This document shows, piece by piece, positions 9,403-18,925 of a stretch of 64,000 nt of DNA. Both the position numbers and the translations under genes were made by a program. Numbering within the stretch: the first letter of the stretch is position 1; each line of letters begins with the position of its first letter. The stretch is from Candidatus Sumerlaeales bacterium (GTDB lineage Bacteria; Sumerlaeota; Sumerlaeia; Sumerlaeales; Sumerlaeaceae), in contig JBBSQY010000005.1 of NCBI GenBank assembly GCA_038243585.1, positions 1 through 64,000 of the forward strand. Direction: 5' to 3'. The notes under the pieces were generated by a model. The model made no database searches and had not been told where the DNA came from. It saw only the letters and a list, made by a program, of their open reading frames with translations.

Positions 9403-10896
9403 ATGCTTTACAAAAAGGTTATCACTGTATCCTTGTTACTTCAAAGCATTCTTCCCCTGCACGCGCAGGAGGACCATGCACAGACCGCACGTCGCGTACT
9501 CGGAAACCCCATGGACATCGACAAGAAGCTTACAGACACCGATGAAATTTGTAGTTCTGGATTGAAAGTATCGTTTCTTACGAGGAACATCAAGACAGCT
9601 ATTGATGAGTCCATCAAGGAAGGCAATATGCCCGGCGGCGTAGTTCTCGTCTTGCGAGACGGGAAGGTTGCATTTTCTCAGGCGTACGGAGATCGTGCCG
9701 TCGAGCCGTCAAAAGAAGCCACCACAGTTGATACCATTTACGACCTTGCGTCCCTGACAAAACCCATCGCCACAGCGTCTTCTATCATGAAACTAATGGA
9801 GCAAGGCCGGATTCGTCTGGATGACCCCATCGGAAACTTCATACCAGAATGGAAAAACACGCAGGAAGAAACGACCGGAGCGGCCCTGTTAAACAAGTTT
9901 GAGAAGGCTGTCGACGAGGGGAAAATTCGCTTAGACTTTGGAACGGTTACCTCTAAAGATCGGGAAACACAGTCCCTGCTTTTGGAGACTACTAAACACG
10001 TTTCAATACTAAAATCAGCCAAACAGACTTCCGATAACTTCACCCTGCTTCCCCGCGATCGCGAATCCATCACTATCCGCCATCTGCTTACCCATACTTC
10101 CGGCCTTCCGTCGTTTGTGCGTTATTATGAAAAGTACCCGGACAAGGGCGCCCGCAAGAAGATCGTGGCCGATATCGCTCAGGTCGAGCTTCGCGGTCCT
10201 GTCGGCGGACAGTTCATCTACAGCGATCTCGGCTTCATCGTCCTCGGCGACATAGTCGAGCGTGTCAGCGGATCGACCCTGGATGAGTTCAGCCGAAAAG
10301 AGATATTTGGTCCTCTAAAGATGAACGATACCATGTTCACACCTCCCGACAGCTTGGACGCCCGAGTTGCGCCAACAGAATGGCGCACGGAGAAAAACCC
10401 CACCGATCCGAACACCACTAGAACCATGATGCGCGGCGAAGTTCACGACGGCAACGCCATGGTACAGGATGGAATAAGCGGCCACGCCGGTCTTTTTTCG
10501 ACCGCTCCCGACTTGGCCAGATTCTTTACAATGATGCTGAACGGTGGTCATTTAGATGGCATGCAGGTCTTTTCCCCAACTACAATCGCCGCAATGACCA
10601 GAACCCATGAAAAGTCGGATGAAGTGAAAGCCGGACGTGGCCTTGGCTGGGATCTGGCCTCCGCCTACAGCGGCCAGAAGGGTGATTTATTTAATACCGG
10701 ATACGGCCACACCGGCTTTACAGGAACGTCTGTATGGGTTGTCCCGGAAGAAAAGCTTGCTATCATAATCCTTACAAACCACGTGCATCCCAAAGATAAA
10801 GGCAGCGTTGGTCCTTTAAGAGCCAAAATCGCTAACATCGTCGCAGGCAGCATTGTCCAATCACGTACAGAAACTTCCTCGGAGAATATAAAATGA
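9403..10896 (+). CDS. Secreted serine hydrolase, beta-lactamase/class C-like family
   Basis: Signal peptide, ASLTK (SxxK), LLTHTSGL, YSD, GEVHD, GHAGLFST, GHTGFTGT. Confidence 0.9.
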   Translation: MLYKKVITVSLLLQSILPLHAQEDHAQTARRVLGNPMDIDKKLTDTDEICSSGLKVSFLTRNIKTAIDESIKEGNMPGGVVLVLRDGKVAFSQAYGDRAVEPSKEATTVDTIYDLASLTKPIATASSIMKLMEQGRIRLDDPIGNFIPEWKNTQEETTGAALLNKFEKAVDEGKIRLDFGTVTSKDRETQSLLLETTKHVSILKSAKQTSDNFTLLPRDRESITIRHLLTHTSGLPSFVRYYEKYPDKGARKKIVADIAQVELRGPVGGQFIYSDLGFIVLGDIVERVSGSTLDEFSRKEIFGPLKMNDTMFTPPDSLDARVAPTEWRTEKNPTDPNTTRTMMRGEVHDGNAMVQDGISGHAGLFSTAPDLARFFTMMLNGGHLDGMQVFSPTTIAAMTRTHEKSDEVKAGRGLGWDLASAYSGQKGDLFNTGYGHTGFTGTSVWVVPEEKLAIIILTNHVHPKDKGSVGPLRAKIANIVAGSIVQSRTETSSENIK

Positions 10897-11885
10897 AGAA
10901 CCTTCGTCTTGCAATTATCAGCTTTGAGCATATGCACGCCGTTGCCTATGCAGAATCCTTTGGGCGCATTAGCGGCGCGGAACTTGTAGCCATTGCGGAC
11001 TCTGACCCGCAGCGCCTTGAAATGGCCCGTGGTATGTTTCCGCAGGTTCCAGCGTTTTACAGCGATTATACTGTAATGTTAGATCAAAGCGACATTGATG
11101 GAGTCATTATTTGCTCGTCAAACCGTGACCACTTGCCTATCGCCCTGCATTGCGCAGCACTGGGAAAACACATCCTTTGCGAAAAGCCACTCGGTCCAAC
11201 AGTGGAGATCAGTCGCCAGATCATAGACGCGGCAGACAGCGCCGGAATCACTTTGATGACCGCCTTTCCGGTTCGATTCAGCCCGTCAATTCATAAAACC
11301 CGTCAGCTCATACAGGAAGGGCAACTAGGTGATATCATTGGTGGATGTACATCAAATCACGGAAGCATTCCCGGCGGATGGTTCTTGGAAAAGGAAAAAT
11401 CTGGCGGGGGTGCCGTGATTGATCATACGGTTCACGTGGTGGACGTTCTTCGCTGGATGCTGGATGATGAAGTGGAAACGGTGTATGCGGAACACGCTAC
11501 TCGCCTTCTCGACTTGAAAGTTGAAGACGTGGGGCAGCTTATTATGAAATTTCGCAAAGGGGCCGTTATTAGCCTGGACACCAGCTGGTCCCGCCCGAAA
11601 AGCTACTCTATCTGGGGTGACGTGAAGATTTCACTTAAGGGTGAAAAGGCGAACGCAACGCTCAACTGTTTCCCCCAACAAATTAATCACTATGACGACC
11701 TCAGCAACAAACACAGCGGTTTTAATATGGGAGAAGATCTGGACCAGCTCATGGTGCAGGAATTTGTGAACGCCGTCCACGAAAAGCGCGCTCCGCTGGT
11801 GACTGGCGAAGACGGCTTGAAAGCCGTAGAAGTAGCCATGGCTGCCTATGAAGCTGCACGGACAGGAAAACCTGTAAGCCTTTAA
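10893..11885 (+). CDS. Gfo/Idh/MocA family oxidoreductase
   Basis: HILCEKP, SGGGAVIDHTVH, TGEDG; ATGA overlap with the upstream hydrolase. Confidence 0.92.
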   Translation: MKNLRLAIISFEHMHAVAYAESFGRISGAELVAIADSDPQRLEMARGMFPQVPAFYSDYTVMLDQSDIDGVIICSSNRDHLPIALHCAALGKHILCEKPLGPTVEISRQIIDAADSAGITLMTAFPVRFSPSIHKTRQLIQEGQLGDIIGGCTSNHGSIPGGWFLEKEKSGGGAVIDHTVHVVDVLRWMLDDEVETVYAEHATRLLDLKVEDVGQLIMKFRKGAVISLDTSWSRPKSYSIWGDVKISLKGEKANATLNCFPQQINHYDDLSNKHSGFNMGEDLDQLMVQEFVNAVHEKRAPLVTGEDGLKAVEVAMAAYEAARTGKPVSL

Positions 11886-11889
11886 ATGC

Positions 11890-12504
11890 TTACCCCCGCG
11901 CCTTTAGCCGCCGTTTTACATTTTCAACTTCTTCGGGAGTCAAAATTCCCGCATCGGCAAGCTGCTGGACATCAAGCGGTAGAATGATGTCATCCAGAGA
12001 TTCCTCTGGCTCCGTGTCCGATTCCTTTAATTCTTTGGGTGGCGTGAAATTCGAGCCCGGGTCAGATACCCGCGTGGTATCTGACCTGGTCTGATCTTCC
12101 GCGGACTTTGATGCCAAAGCCATTGCCTCGAGCCGGCGCACATCAGGATCATTAAGAAGAGCTCCTGGCTTGGGCGCTGCCGCAAGTTTTTGTTTTGACG
12201 CGTCTTTTTCTGCCATGCGTCGCGCGAGGGCACCGCTTACCATTGCCAGTTCTTCTGGAGTCAGAAGGTTTTTCTTTCGCAACTCCATCAAATCCAGACC
12301 GGCCACTCCATCAAGAGTTTCCCGCCTGCGCCCGCTAATCCTGCGCATTATGATCCAGCCCAGGATGAGAACCACCATGCAGGCAACAGAAAATGCCATA
12401 GTCGATACCATGGATCCGGTATCCAAGTCCGTCTGACCATAGCTTTTTTTGCCTTCTAAAAACATCAGTGAAAACGCGAGCAAGCTTTTCGCCCGGAATA
12501 ACAA
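11890..12504 (-). CDS. Membrane-anchored hypothetical protein with two SHOCT-like motifs (start uncertain: 12504, 12465 or 12411)
   Basis: One TM helix, then ELRKKNLLTPEE and LADAGILTPEEVENVKRRL. The track's longer 5' part overlaps the divergent gene. Confidence 0.6.
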   Translation of the reverse strand: MLFRAKSLLAFSLMFLEGKKSYGQTDLDTGSMVSTMAFSVACMVVLILGWIIMRRISGRRRETLDGVAGLDLMELRKKNLLTPEELAMVSGALARRMAEKDASKQKLAAAPKPGALLNDPDVRRLEAMALASKSAEDQTRSDTTRVSDPGSNFTPPKELKESDTEPEESLDDIILPLDVQQLADAGILTPEEVENVKRRLKARG

Positions 12505-12577
12505 ACTTTCGAACTTTACTAAACGATTTAGTCTAATCAAACTTTCACCTGCATCTTTTTTCTGTTTGAATCTGATC

Positions 12578-13549
12578 ATGAGGGTGTTGTCAATCCGATC
12601 TATGATTAGCTCAAACATAATACCTATGACCGCTTTTTTACTTTCACTCAATTGTGCAATTGCGGCTCAACCGACTGCCACAGTGGAAGTCACAACAAAA
12701 ACTGCCGTCAATGCCACGAAGCTATTTCAGGGCGAACGTGCAATGATTGATCTGGTAAAACAGGTGGAGGCGGGACCCAGACTCCCAAATTCTCCAGGAC
12801 TGGCAGCGACTCGCAACTTAATAAAGACCACTGTGAGCGCAAGTGGATGGTCTTTCCACGAACAGGACTTTGAAGCCTTTTCTCCTATTTTAAAGCAGGT
12901 CGTCAAAGGTCAAAACCTCTTCGCCATTTACCCGAAGGGGGCAGCTGTAAAGTATTTAGTATCAGCCCATTACGATACAAGACCATTTGCTGACATGGAT
13001 CCCGATCCGGCCCTCCGCCAAGAGCCTGTTCCTGGAGCTAACGATGGGGCCAGCGGCGTCGCAGTATTGCTTGAACTATCACGGGCACTCCGGCAGGCAG
13101 ACCTCAAGCACGGCGTCGCACTTGTATTTTTTGATCTTGAAGACCATGGCGTGGCCGGCAGTAACGAAGGATTCTGCTTAGGATCCCGGCATTTCGCATC
13201 TCACCTACCTGCGGAAGTAAAAGGTTTTCAAGCAGGAATCAATTTGGACATGATTGGCGATGCAGACCTGTCTTTACCAATGGAGGGTTATTCTCTATCA
13301 AAAGCTCCCAAACTTGTTTATGACCTATGGAGAATTGGAAACAGCCTAAATCCAGAGGTTTGGCTGATGGAACGCGGTCCGTCAGTTTATGACGATCATA
13401 TGCCTTTTTTAGGTTCTGGCCAGCAGTACATAGATGTCATTGACATCCAATATGAGGCGTGGCATACAACGAAGGATACGGCAGACAAGTGTTCTTCAAA
13501 AAGCCTTGATATTGTTGGAGATACCGTAACAACCTTAATCCTTCGCTGA
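12578..13549 (+). CDS. M28-family zinc enzyme, glutaminyl-peptide cyclotransferase-like (start approximate)
   Basis: SAHYDTRPFAD.DPD, GANDGASGVAVLLE, FFDLED, NLDMIG, DDH.PF, WHTT.D; N-terminal export signal. Confidence 0.85.
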   Translation: MRVLSIRSMISSNIIPMTAFLLSLNCAIAAQPTATVEVTTKTAVNATKLFQGERAMIDLVKQVEAGPRLPNSPGLAATRNLIKTTVSASGWSFHEQDFEAFSPILKQVVKGQNLFAIYPKGAAVKYLVSAHYDTRPFADMDPDPALRQEPVPGANDGASGVAVLLELSRALRQADLKHGVALVFFDLEDHGVAGSNEGFCLGSRHFASHLPAEVKGFQAGINLDMIGDADLSLPMEGYSLSKAPKLVYDLWRIGNSLNPEVWLMERGPSVYDDHMPFLGSGQQYIDVIDIQYEAWHTTKDTADKCSSKSLDIVGDTVTTLILR

Positions 13550-13696
13550 TAGGTTTGGAATAAAAATTCCTAAAAATATGCCTTGCATTTCGCCTGCCGT
13601 GGAATCAGGAATGCGTATTCTCTGACACCCTCAGACCTTTGCTGTTTATTTGTTAAATTTTTCAAAAGTTAGGAACTCCCACTCGTGCCACTACCC

Positions 13697-15085
13697 ATGC
13701 AAGTTGATCAGGAAGTCTGGGAAAAAACCCTCCAGCGTCTGCAAAATAGCATGGATGAAGAAACCTTTTCAACCTGGTTGCGTCCGGCTCAGGTTCACGA
13801 AATGAGTGACACTTCCCTAGTTCTCAGCGTCCCAAGTCCTTTTTACAAAAACTGGTTATCTTCTAACTACAGAGATCTGATTTTAAACGCATTGCGTGAA
13901 GTAACTGATCAGGATTACAGCTTAAGTTTTCTTGTGGAGCCGCGGTCAGAATGCGATCAGGGTGCAGCCGATCTTAAATCTGCGACCAACTCTTTAACCA
14001 ACCATCATGTTACTGCAGAGCCTTCACTAGATCTGCCTAAATCGAGCTATCTGAACAAAAGGTATATTTTCGATAGGTTTGTTGTTGGTGAAAGTAACCG
14101 TTTTGCGCATGCTGCATGCCGACAGGTATCCGATCCACAGTCCAAATCGTTTAACCCCCTGTTTTTATACGGCGATGTTGGACTTGGCAAAACGCACCTG
14201 ATGCATGCCATTGGACATCAGCTAAAAGAAACCAATGTAAATGCCCGTATCCTCTATGTCAGCAGCGAGCTCTTCATGAATTCCTTTATTGAATCCATCG
14301 GGCAGGGAAAGCAGGTCGAGTTCCGCGAACATTATCGTAGCGTGGATCTGCTAATGATTGATGATGTGCAATTTTTTAGTGGAAAAGATCGCACGCAAAT
14401 CGAGTTTTTTCATACGTTTAACGCGCTATACGATGCCGGTAAAAAGATTGTTATCTCCAGTGATCGCCCGCCAAAAGAACTCACGACATTGGAAGACAGA
14501 CTACGCAATAGATTCTCCTGGGGCTTGGTCGTTGACGTTATGCCCCCAGATCTGGAAACTCGCATTGCCATCCTGAACAAAAAGGCGATGGAGGAGCAGG
14601 TCGATCTTCCCAATGATGTTCTCCTTTATATTGCCGAGCGGGTCCAGTCAAATATTCGCGAATTGGAAGGTATCCTTGTGCGCCTTCGTGCTTACTCGGT
14701 GCTTCAAACCCAGCCCATAAGCCTGCAGCTGGCTAAAGACGTGCTTGGCCACCTTCTTGATGGCGACGCCAATCGTCCTACAGACATAGAAGATATTATC
14801 GAGGTCGTTTGTTCCTACTTCGAGATTAAGAGAACTGATCTGCTTGGCAGCAGCAGACTGAAAAAGTTTAGTACTCCTCGGCATATCGCCCAGTTTATGT
14901 CCCGCAAACAAACGACCCTTTCGTATCCTGAGATAGCTTTAAAGTTTGGGGGACGCGACCACACCTCAATTCTTCATGCAGTGCGGAAAATTGATGACGC
15001 ACTAAACACCGACGAGAACCTGCGCAACCTAGTTGGATACCTGAGCCGCAAAGTAAAAGGTGCAAACGCCGGTTCAGGCAGCTGA
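13697..15085 (+). CDS. dnaA: Chromosomal replication initiator DnaA
   Basis: FSTWL domain I, FVVGESN.FA, NPLFLYG..GLGKTHL, LMIDDVQF, EFFHTFN, N.RELEG, FGGRDHT. Start ATG 13697 or GTG 13685. Confidence 0.97.
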   Translation: MQVDQEVWEKTLQRLQNSMDEETFSTWLRPAQVHEMSDTSLVLSVPSPFYKNWLSSNYRDLILNALREVTDQDYSLSFLVEPRSECDQGAADLKSATNSLTNHHVTAEPSLDLPKSSYLNKRYIFDRFVVGESNRFAHAACRQVSDPQSKSFNPLFLYGDVGLGKTHLMHAIGHQLKETNVNARILYVSSELFMNSFIESIGQGKQVEFREHYRSVDLLMIDDVQFFSGKDRTQIEFFHTFNALYDAGKKIVISSDRPPKELTTLEDRLRNRFSWGLVVDVMPPDLETRIAILNKKAMEEQVDLPNDVLLYIAERVQSNIRELEGILVRLRAYSVLQTQPISLQLAKDVLGHLLDGDANRPTDIEDIIEVVCSYFEIKRTDLLGSSRLKKFSTPRHIAQFMSRKQTTLSYPEIALKFGGRDHTSILHAVRKIDDALNTDENLRNLVGYLSRKVKGANAGSGS

Positions 15086-15178
15086 AATCAAGCTTTCTAT
15101 TATATGGCCCGATGGTTGCTTACATCTTGTAGAAGCCTGATTAGAAAAGCGTTATAATCTTGAGAGGAAGTATGTGTA

Positions 15179-15616
15179 ATGTTTGTTATAAGTGGGAGCC
15201 GCTCGCGGCGGGGATTCACGCTGATTGAAATCATGTTGGTCGTGGTGATCATTGGCATCTTGGCCGCGGTTATTGGTCCGAAGCTTAGTGGGAAAACCAG
15301 GGGTGCCAAAGTGAAGGCAACCCAGTCATCAATTGAAGCGCTGAAAACAACCCTTGGCATGTTTGAGATTAACGCAGGTCGTTATCCCACAACAGATGAA
15401 GGGCTAAACGCTCTCCTTGAAAAGCCAGCGGATTTGTCTGATGAAGAATGGGATGGCCCTTACTTGAAAGAATGGCCTCAGGACTCCTATAATCAGGATT
15501 TCATCTACCGGTCTCCGGGAGAAATTAATTCGGACTACGATATCGTATCACCTGGCTTTGACAAACGCGAAGGCACAGATGACGACATCAGCAACGCTCC
15601 TAAATCTGAAAAGTAA
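15179..15616 (+). CDS. gspG: Type II secretion major pseudopilin GspG
   Basis: RRG|FTLIEIMLVVVIIGILAA prepilin motif, GRYPTT.EGL.AL, W.GPYL, Y.SPG, GTDDDI.N. Confidence 0.92.
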   Translation: MFVISGSRSRRGFTLIEIMLVVVIIGILAAVIGPKLSGKTRGAKVKATQSSIEALKTTLGMFEINAGRYPTTDEGLNALLEKPADLSDEEWDGPYLKEWPQDSYNQDFIYRSPGEINSDYDIVSPGFDKREGTDDDISNAPKSEK

Positions 15617-15634
15617 TTCCCCACAATATTATTT

Positions 15635-15675
15635 GAGCCGCGTTATGCCGATTAGGGCGCCGCGGCTCTTTTTTT
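15635..15675 (+). terminator. Rho-independent terminator after gspG
   Basis: GAGCCGCG...CGCGGCTC followed by TTTTTTT. Confidence 0.8.
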
Positions 15676-15772
15676 GTTTCGCCTGGGCAATTTTTGTTCT
15701 TTAACGGATATTTGTTGTAAGCTATTAAGGGGCAAAATTTCCCTGCATTCCTAACATGATTGAGACTTCGTA

Positions 15773-16552
15773 TTGTCCCGCATTCACACGACAGCAATCG
15801 TTTCACCGGAAGCAGAGTTAGACAGCAGTGTTGAGGTCGGACCTTTTACTATTATCGAAGGCCCGGTAAAAATTGGGCCAAACACCAAGATTTTCAGCCA
15901 TGTCCATATTTCCGGCCTTACCGTGCTGGGTTCAAACAACGAAATTCACATGGGCGCGGTCATTGGGCACTTGCCTCAGCACAAGAACTACAAGCAGACA
16001 GCCAGTGGCCTGATTATCGGACATGGGAACGTTATTCGGGAGTATGCCACCATTCATCGTGCCTACCACCCTGGAGAAAATACTGTAATAGGTGACGATA
16101 ACTTTTTGATGGGCCACAGCCATATAGCCCATGATTGCCGACTTGGCAGCAATATCGTGCTGGCCAACGGGGCGCTGCTTGCCGGGCACACATCTGTATC
16201 CGATGGGGCAAACATCAGTGGGAATGTGGCAGTGCATCAATTTGTTCGTATAGGCGCTTTAGCGATGATTGGTGGCCTTGCGAGGGTCAGTAAAGATATT
16301 CCTCCATTTATGCTGGTCGAGGGTAACTCAACAGTGCGTGGAATAAACGCAGTAGGCCTGAGAAGAGCAGGCTACAGCCTGCACGATCGCACAGAAGTAA
16401 AAGAAGCTTATAAAATACTTTACCGTTCCAATTTAAACGTTCCACAGGCACTTGACACTCTTGAGGCAGCATCCATGCAAAGTGAGCCGGTTAAGCTGCT
16501 AGTGGATTTCGTAAGGGGCTCAGTACGCGGTATATGTCGCCACGCGAGCTAG
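15773..16552 (+). CDS. lpxA: Acyl-ACP--UDP-GlcNAc O-acyltransferase
   Basis: IH.TAIV start, hexapeptide repeats, IREYATIHR, HIAHDC, VHQFVRIG, GINAVGLRR; TTG start. Confidence 0.93.
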   Translation: MSRIHTTAIVSPEAELDSSVEVGPFTIIEGPVKIGPNTKIFSHVHISGLTVLGSNNEIHMGAVIGHLPQHKNYKQTASGLIIGHGNVIREYATIHRAYHPGENTVIGDDNFLMGHSHIAHDCRLGSNIVLANGALLAGHTSVSDGANISGNVAVHQFVRIGALAMIGGLARVSKDIPPFMLVEGNSTVRGINAVGLRRAGYSLHDRTEVKEAYKILYRSNLNVPQALDTLEAASMQSEPVKLLVDFVRGSVRGICRHAS

Positions 16553-16588
16553 CATCGCATATAATCTAACGATGATACAATGCAAGTG

Positions 16589-16623
16589 CGCCGCACGCGC
16601 AATTTGATCAAGCACGTGCGGCG
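16589..16623. terminator. Hairpin between convergent lpxA and citrate synthase genes
   Basis: CGCCGCACG...CGTGCGGCG inverted repeat. Confidence 0.6.
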
Positions 16624-16666
16624 GACTCTAAGTTTTTAAATTAATCGATTCTTTGTTACCTAAAGA

Positions 16667-17917
16667 CTACCGATCTTTCATCGCCACATAATGCAGGTCG
16701 GTCTCACCTGTATAGATGCCGCGAGGACGGAAGATGCGGTTATTCTCCTTATATTCCATACACCGGGCTACCCATCCGCTTACGCGAGATGCCGCAAAAA
16801 GTGGCGTAAACATCAATGTTTCAATGCCCATCGCCCGATAAAGCAGACCACTGTAAAAATCGACATTTGGGAAGATCATCTTATCCCCCATGGCTTCTAC
16901 TGCGACCTTCTCGAGTTTTTCGGCTGTGTCTAGCAATTGCCGAATGTCCGGGTATTGATGGCTATAAGCATCCGCTAGAGGTTTCAGGACGCGGGCACGA
17001 GGATCATATGCCTTGTAGACACGATGCCCCATCCCCATAACCTTGCGGCGGTTCTTTTGAGCCTCTTTAAACCAGGAATCGACATTATCTGGCGAACCGA
17101 TTTCCTCAAGATCATAAAGCACAGCTTCGTTCGCTCCCCCGTGAAGTGGGCCCTTCAGGCTTCCAAGCCCTCCGCTCATGGCAAAGTACATATCGGACAA
17201 TGTGGAGGTTACAACCATTGCCGTAAAGGTAGAGGCGTTCATTCCATGGTCGGCATGGAGAATTAATGCTATGTCCATCAAACGAGTTGAAATCTCATCT
17301 GGTTTTTCGCCTGTCATAGTGTAAAGTAGATTTCCCGCCAAGCTTAGATCAGGATCAGGCTCCACCAGTGGAAGATTTTTTCGCTTTCTGGCAATCATTC
17401 CTGTGGCCGTGGTCATCTGACCTATTACGCGATAAGCCGCCTGGAGATCATCAATTTCCTTTTCCCCCGCCTTGCTATCTTCAGCATCTGCGCCTATCAT
17501 AGCCACTTCAAGTAGTTTCATCGGGTGAAGGCTGTTTACAGGCAACACCTCATACATCTTCCGGGTGGACTCCAAAATGGACATCCGTGACCGCACCTGC
17601 TGGGTAAATTGCTCTAATTCCAATTTGGTGGGGAGAGTACCGAACATCAACAGATAGCTGACTTCCTCGAAGGTCGAGTGAGCGCACAAATCAAAAATAT
17701 CGTAACCTCGGTAAACCAGCGCGCCACGGACCCCATCTACAAAACCAATTTTTGAACCGGCGGCTACAGCGCCTTCCAGACCAGGCTTTACGTCACAGTT
17801 AACGGGCCACGCCACTTCCGCCGGCGGCGTGGGTGCTTCCACGTTACCGATTTCCTCGTAGGCCTTTTTCTTGGCTTCGAGTATTAACTCGGTAATGGTT
17901 GACTGGTCTAATGACAT
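16667..17917 (-). CDS. gltA: Citrate synthase (or 2-methylcitrate synthase)
   Basis: PGLEG, LVYRGY, LHADHGMNAST, GPLHGGANE, GMGHRVYK..DPRA, PNVDFYSG. Confidence 0.93.
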   Translation of the reverse strand: MSLDQSTITELILEAKKKAYEEIGNVEAPTPPAEVAWPVNCDVKPGLEGAVAAGSKIGFVDGVRGALVYRGYDIFDLCAHSTFEEVSYLLMFGTLPTKLELEQFTQQVRSRMSILESTRKMYEVLPVNSLHPMKLLEVAMIGADAEDSKAGEKEIDDLQAAYRVIGQMTTATGMIARKRKNLPLVEPDPDLSLAGNLLYTMTGEKPDEISTRLMDIALILHADHGMNASTFTAMVVTSTLSDMYFAMSGGLGSLKGPLHGGANEAVLYDLEEIGSPDNVDSWFKEAQKNRRKVMGMGHRVYKAYDPRARVLKPLADAYSHQYPDIRQLLDTAEKLEKVAVEAMGDKMIFPNVDFYSGLLYRAMGIETLMFTPLFAASRVSGWVARCMEYKENNRIFRPRGIYTGETDLHYVAMKDR

Positions 17918-18073
17918 TCGTATCTCCTGGTAAATTATGGCGACTGCTGATTTGGACGGTAAAGGCAGACTTTAAAAGTCTTTATTCCCCGCGTTTTCTC
18001 ATGCAAGCTTTTTTCATATATTTCGAGTTCATGGCTGATGATATCTCATAGCTTAACTGCAATGAGCAATCAT

Positions 18074-18778
18074 CTAATGGTTTGGACCATACTCTATTAG
18101 AATCTTGCCTGCCTCCCAAAGGGCATAACAGGCAAACCCACACAAGGCGGTTCCCGCGACTCGCTCTACCCAAACATAGGTGCGCGGCTGGAGATTACGA
18201 TGAAAGCGGCTAGTTACCAGAACCGCGCCGGTGACCCATAAGGTGCAGGCTACACCAACCCCTGCAGCAAGCATATAAGGCACCATTCCGTTTTCAGCCT
18301 CTCCCCCGGTAAGGTGTGTGCTGGCCACCATGAGACTGTTGAATACCCAAAACATAATCGTTGGTGGGCTGCTGAGGGTGAGTGCAAGCCCCAAAAGAAA
18401 GCTACCCACCATATCAAGGGCACCCGCCTTTGGCGGTGGCACGAAGGGTTCCCCCTGAGCCTGATTAACTCCGGCCATCTGTGCCTTAACAGGAAAACGA
18501 GCTCGAAGGCCCTGGATCCCCAGGATAAAAAGAATAACGGCTCCGGTCAGCCACATAATCCCTTTTCCCCAAAGGGGTAAAGAATTTATAAGCGCAAGAG
18601 CGCCAAGAGAGCTCAGCAGAACAAAAGTCACGTCGGCAAGAGCAGCACCCAAACCGAATGACAAACCAAGGCGCGGTCCACGGGATATTGAGCGACGTAT
18701 TACTTCGAGATTAATGGGACCCGGCATGGCTGCCGCATAAAGACCAAGCGCCAAACCCAATGTAAATATCTGCAGCAT
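18074..18778 (-). CDS. LysE family translocator
   Basis: A.PGPIN, G.ALAD, G..LTLS.P pattern, about 6 TM segments. Confidence 0.85.
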   Translation of the reverse strand: MLQIFTLGLALGLYAAAMPGPINLEVIRRSISRGPRLGLSFGLGAALADVTFVLLSSLGALALINSLPLWGKGIMWLTGAVILFILGIQGLRARFPVKAQMAGVNQAQGEPFVPPPKAGALDMVGSFLLGLALTLSSPPTIMFWVFNSLMVASTHLTGGEAENGMVPYMLAAGVGVACTLWVTGAVLVTSRFHRNLQPRTYVWVERVAGTALCGFACYALWEAGKILIEYGPNH

Positions 18779-18925
18779 ATAAGCGGCTGGTTATCCAATC
18801 GTACTGAGAATCCCGCAAGCCCTAGTTTTCTCCTGCGAAACAAAAATTCGGAAAACGTAACAGACGCTGAAGCTATTACGCAAAGCGGAATTTCCTTTAC
18901 CCTGACCTAAACCTCGTTCGAATCT

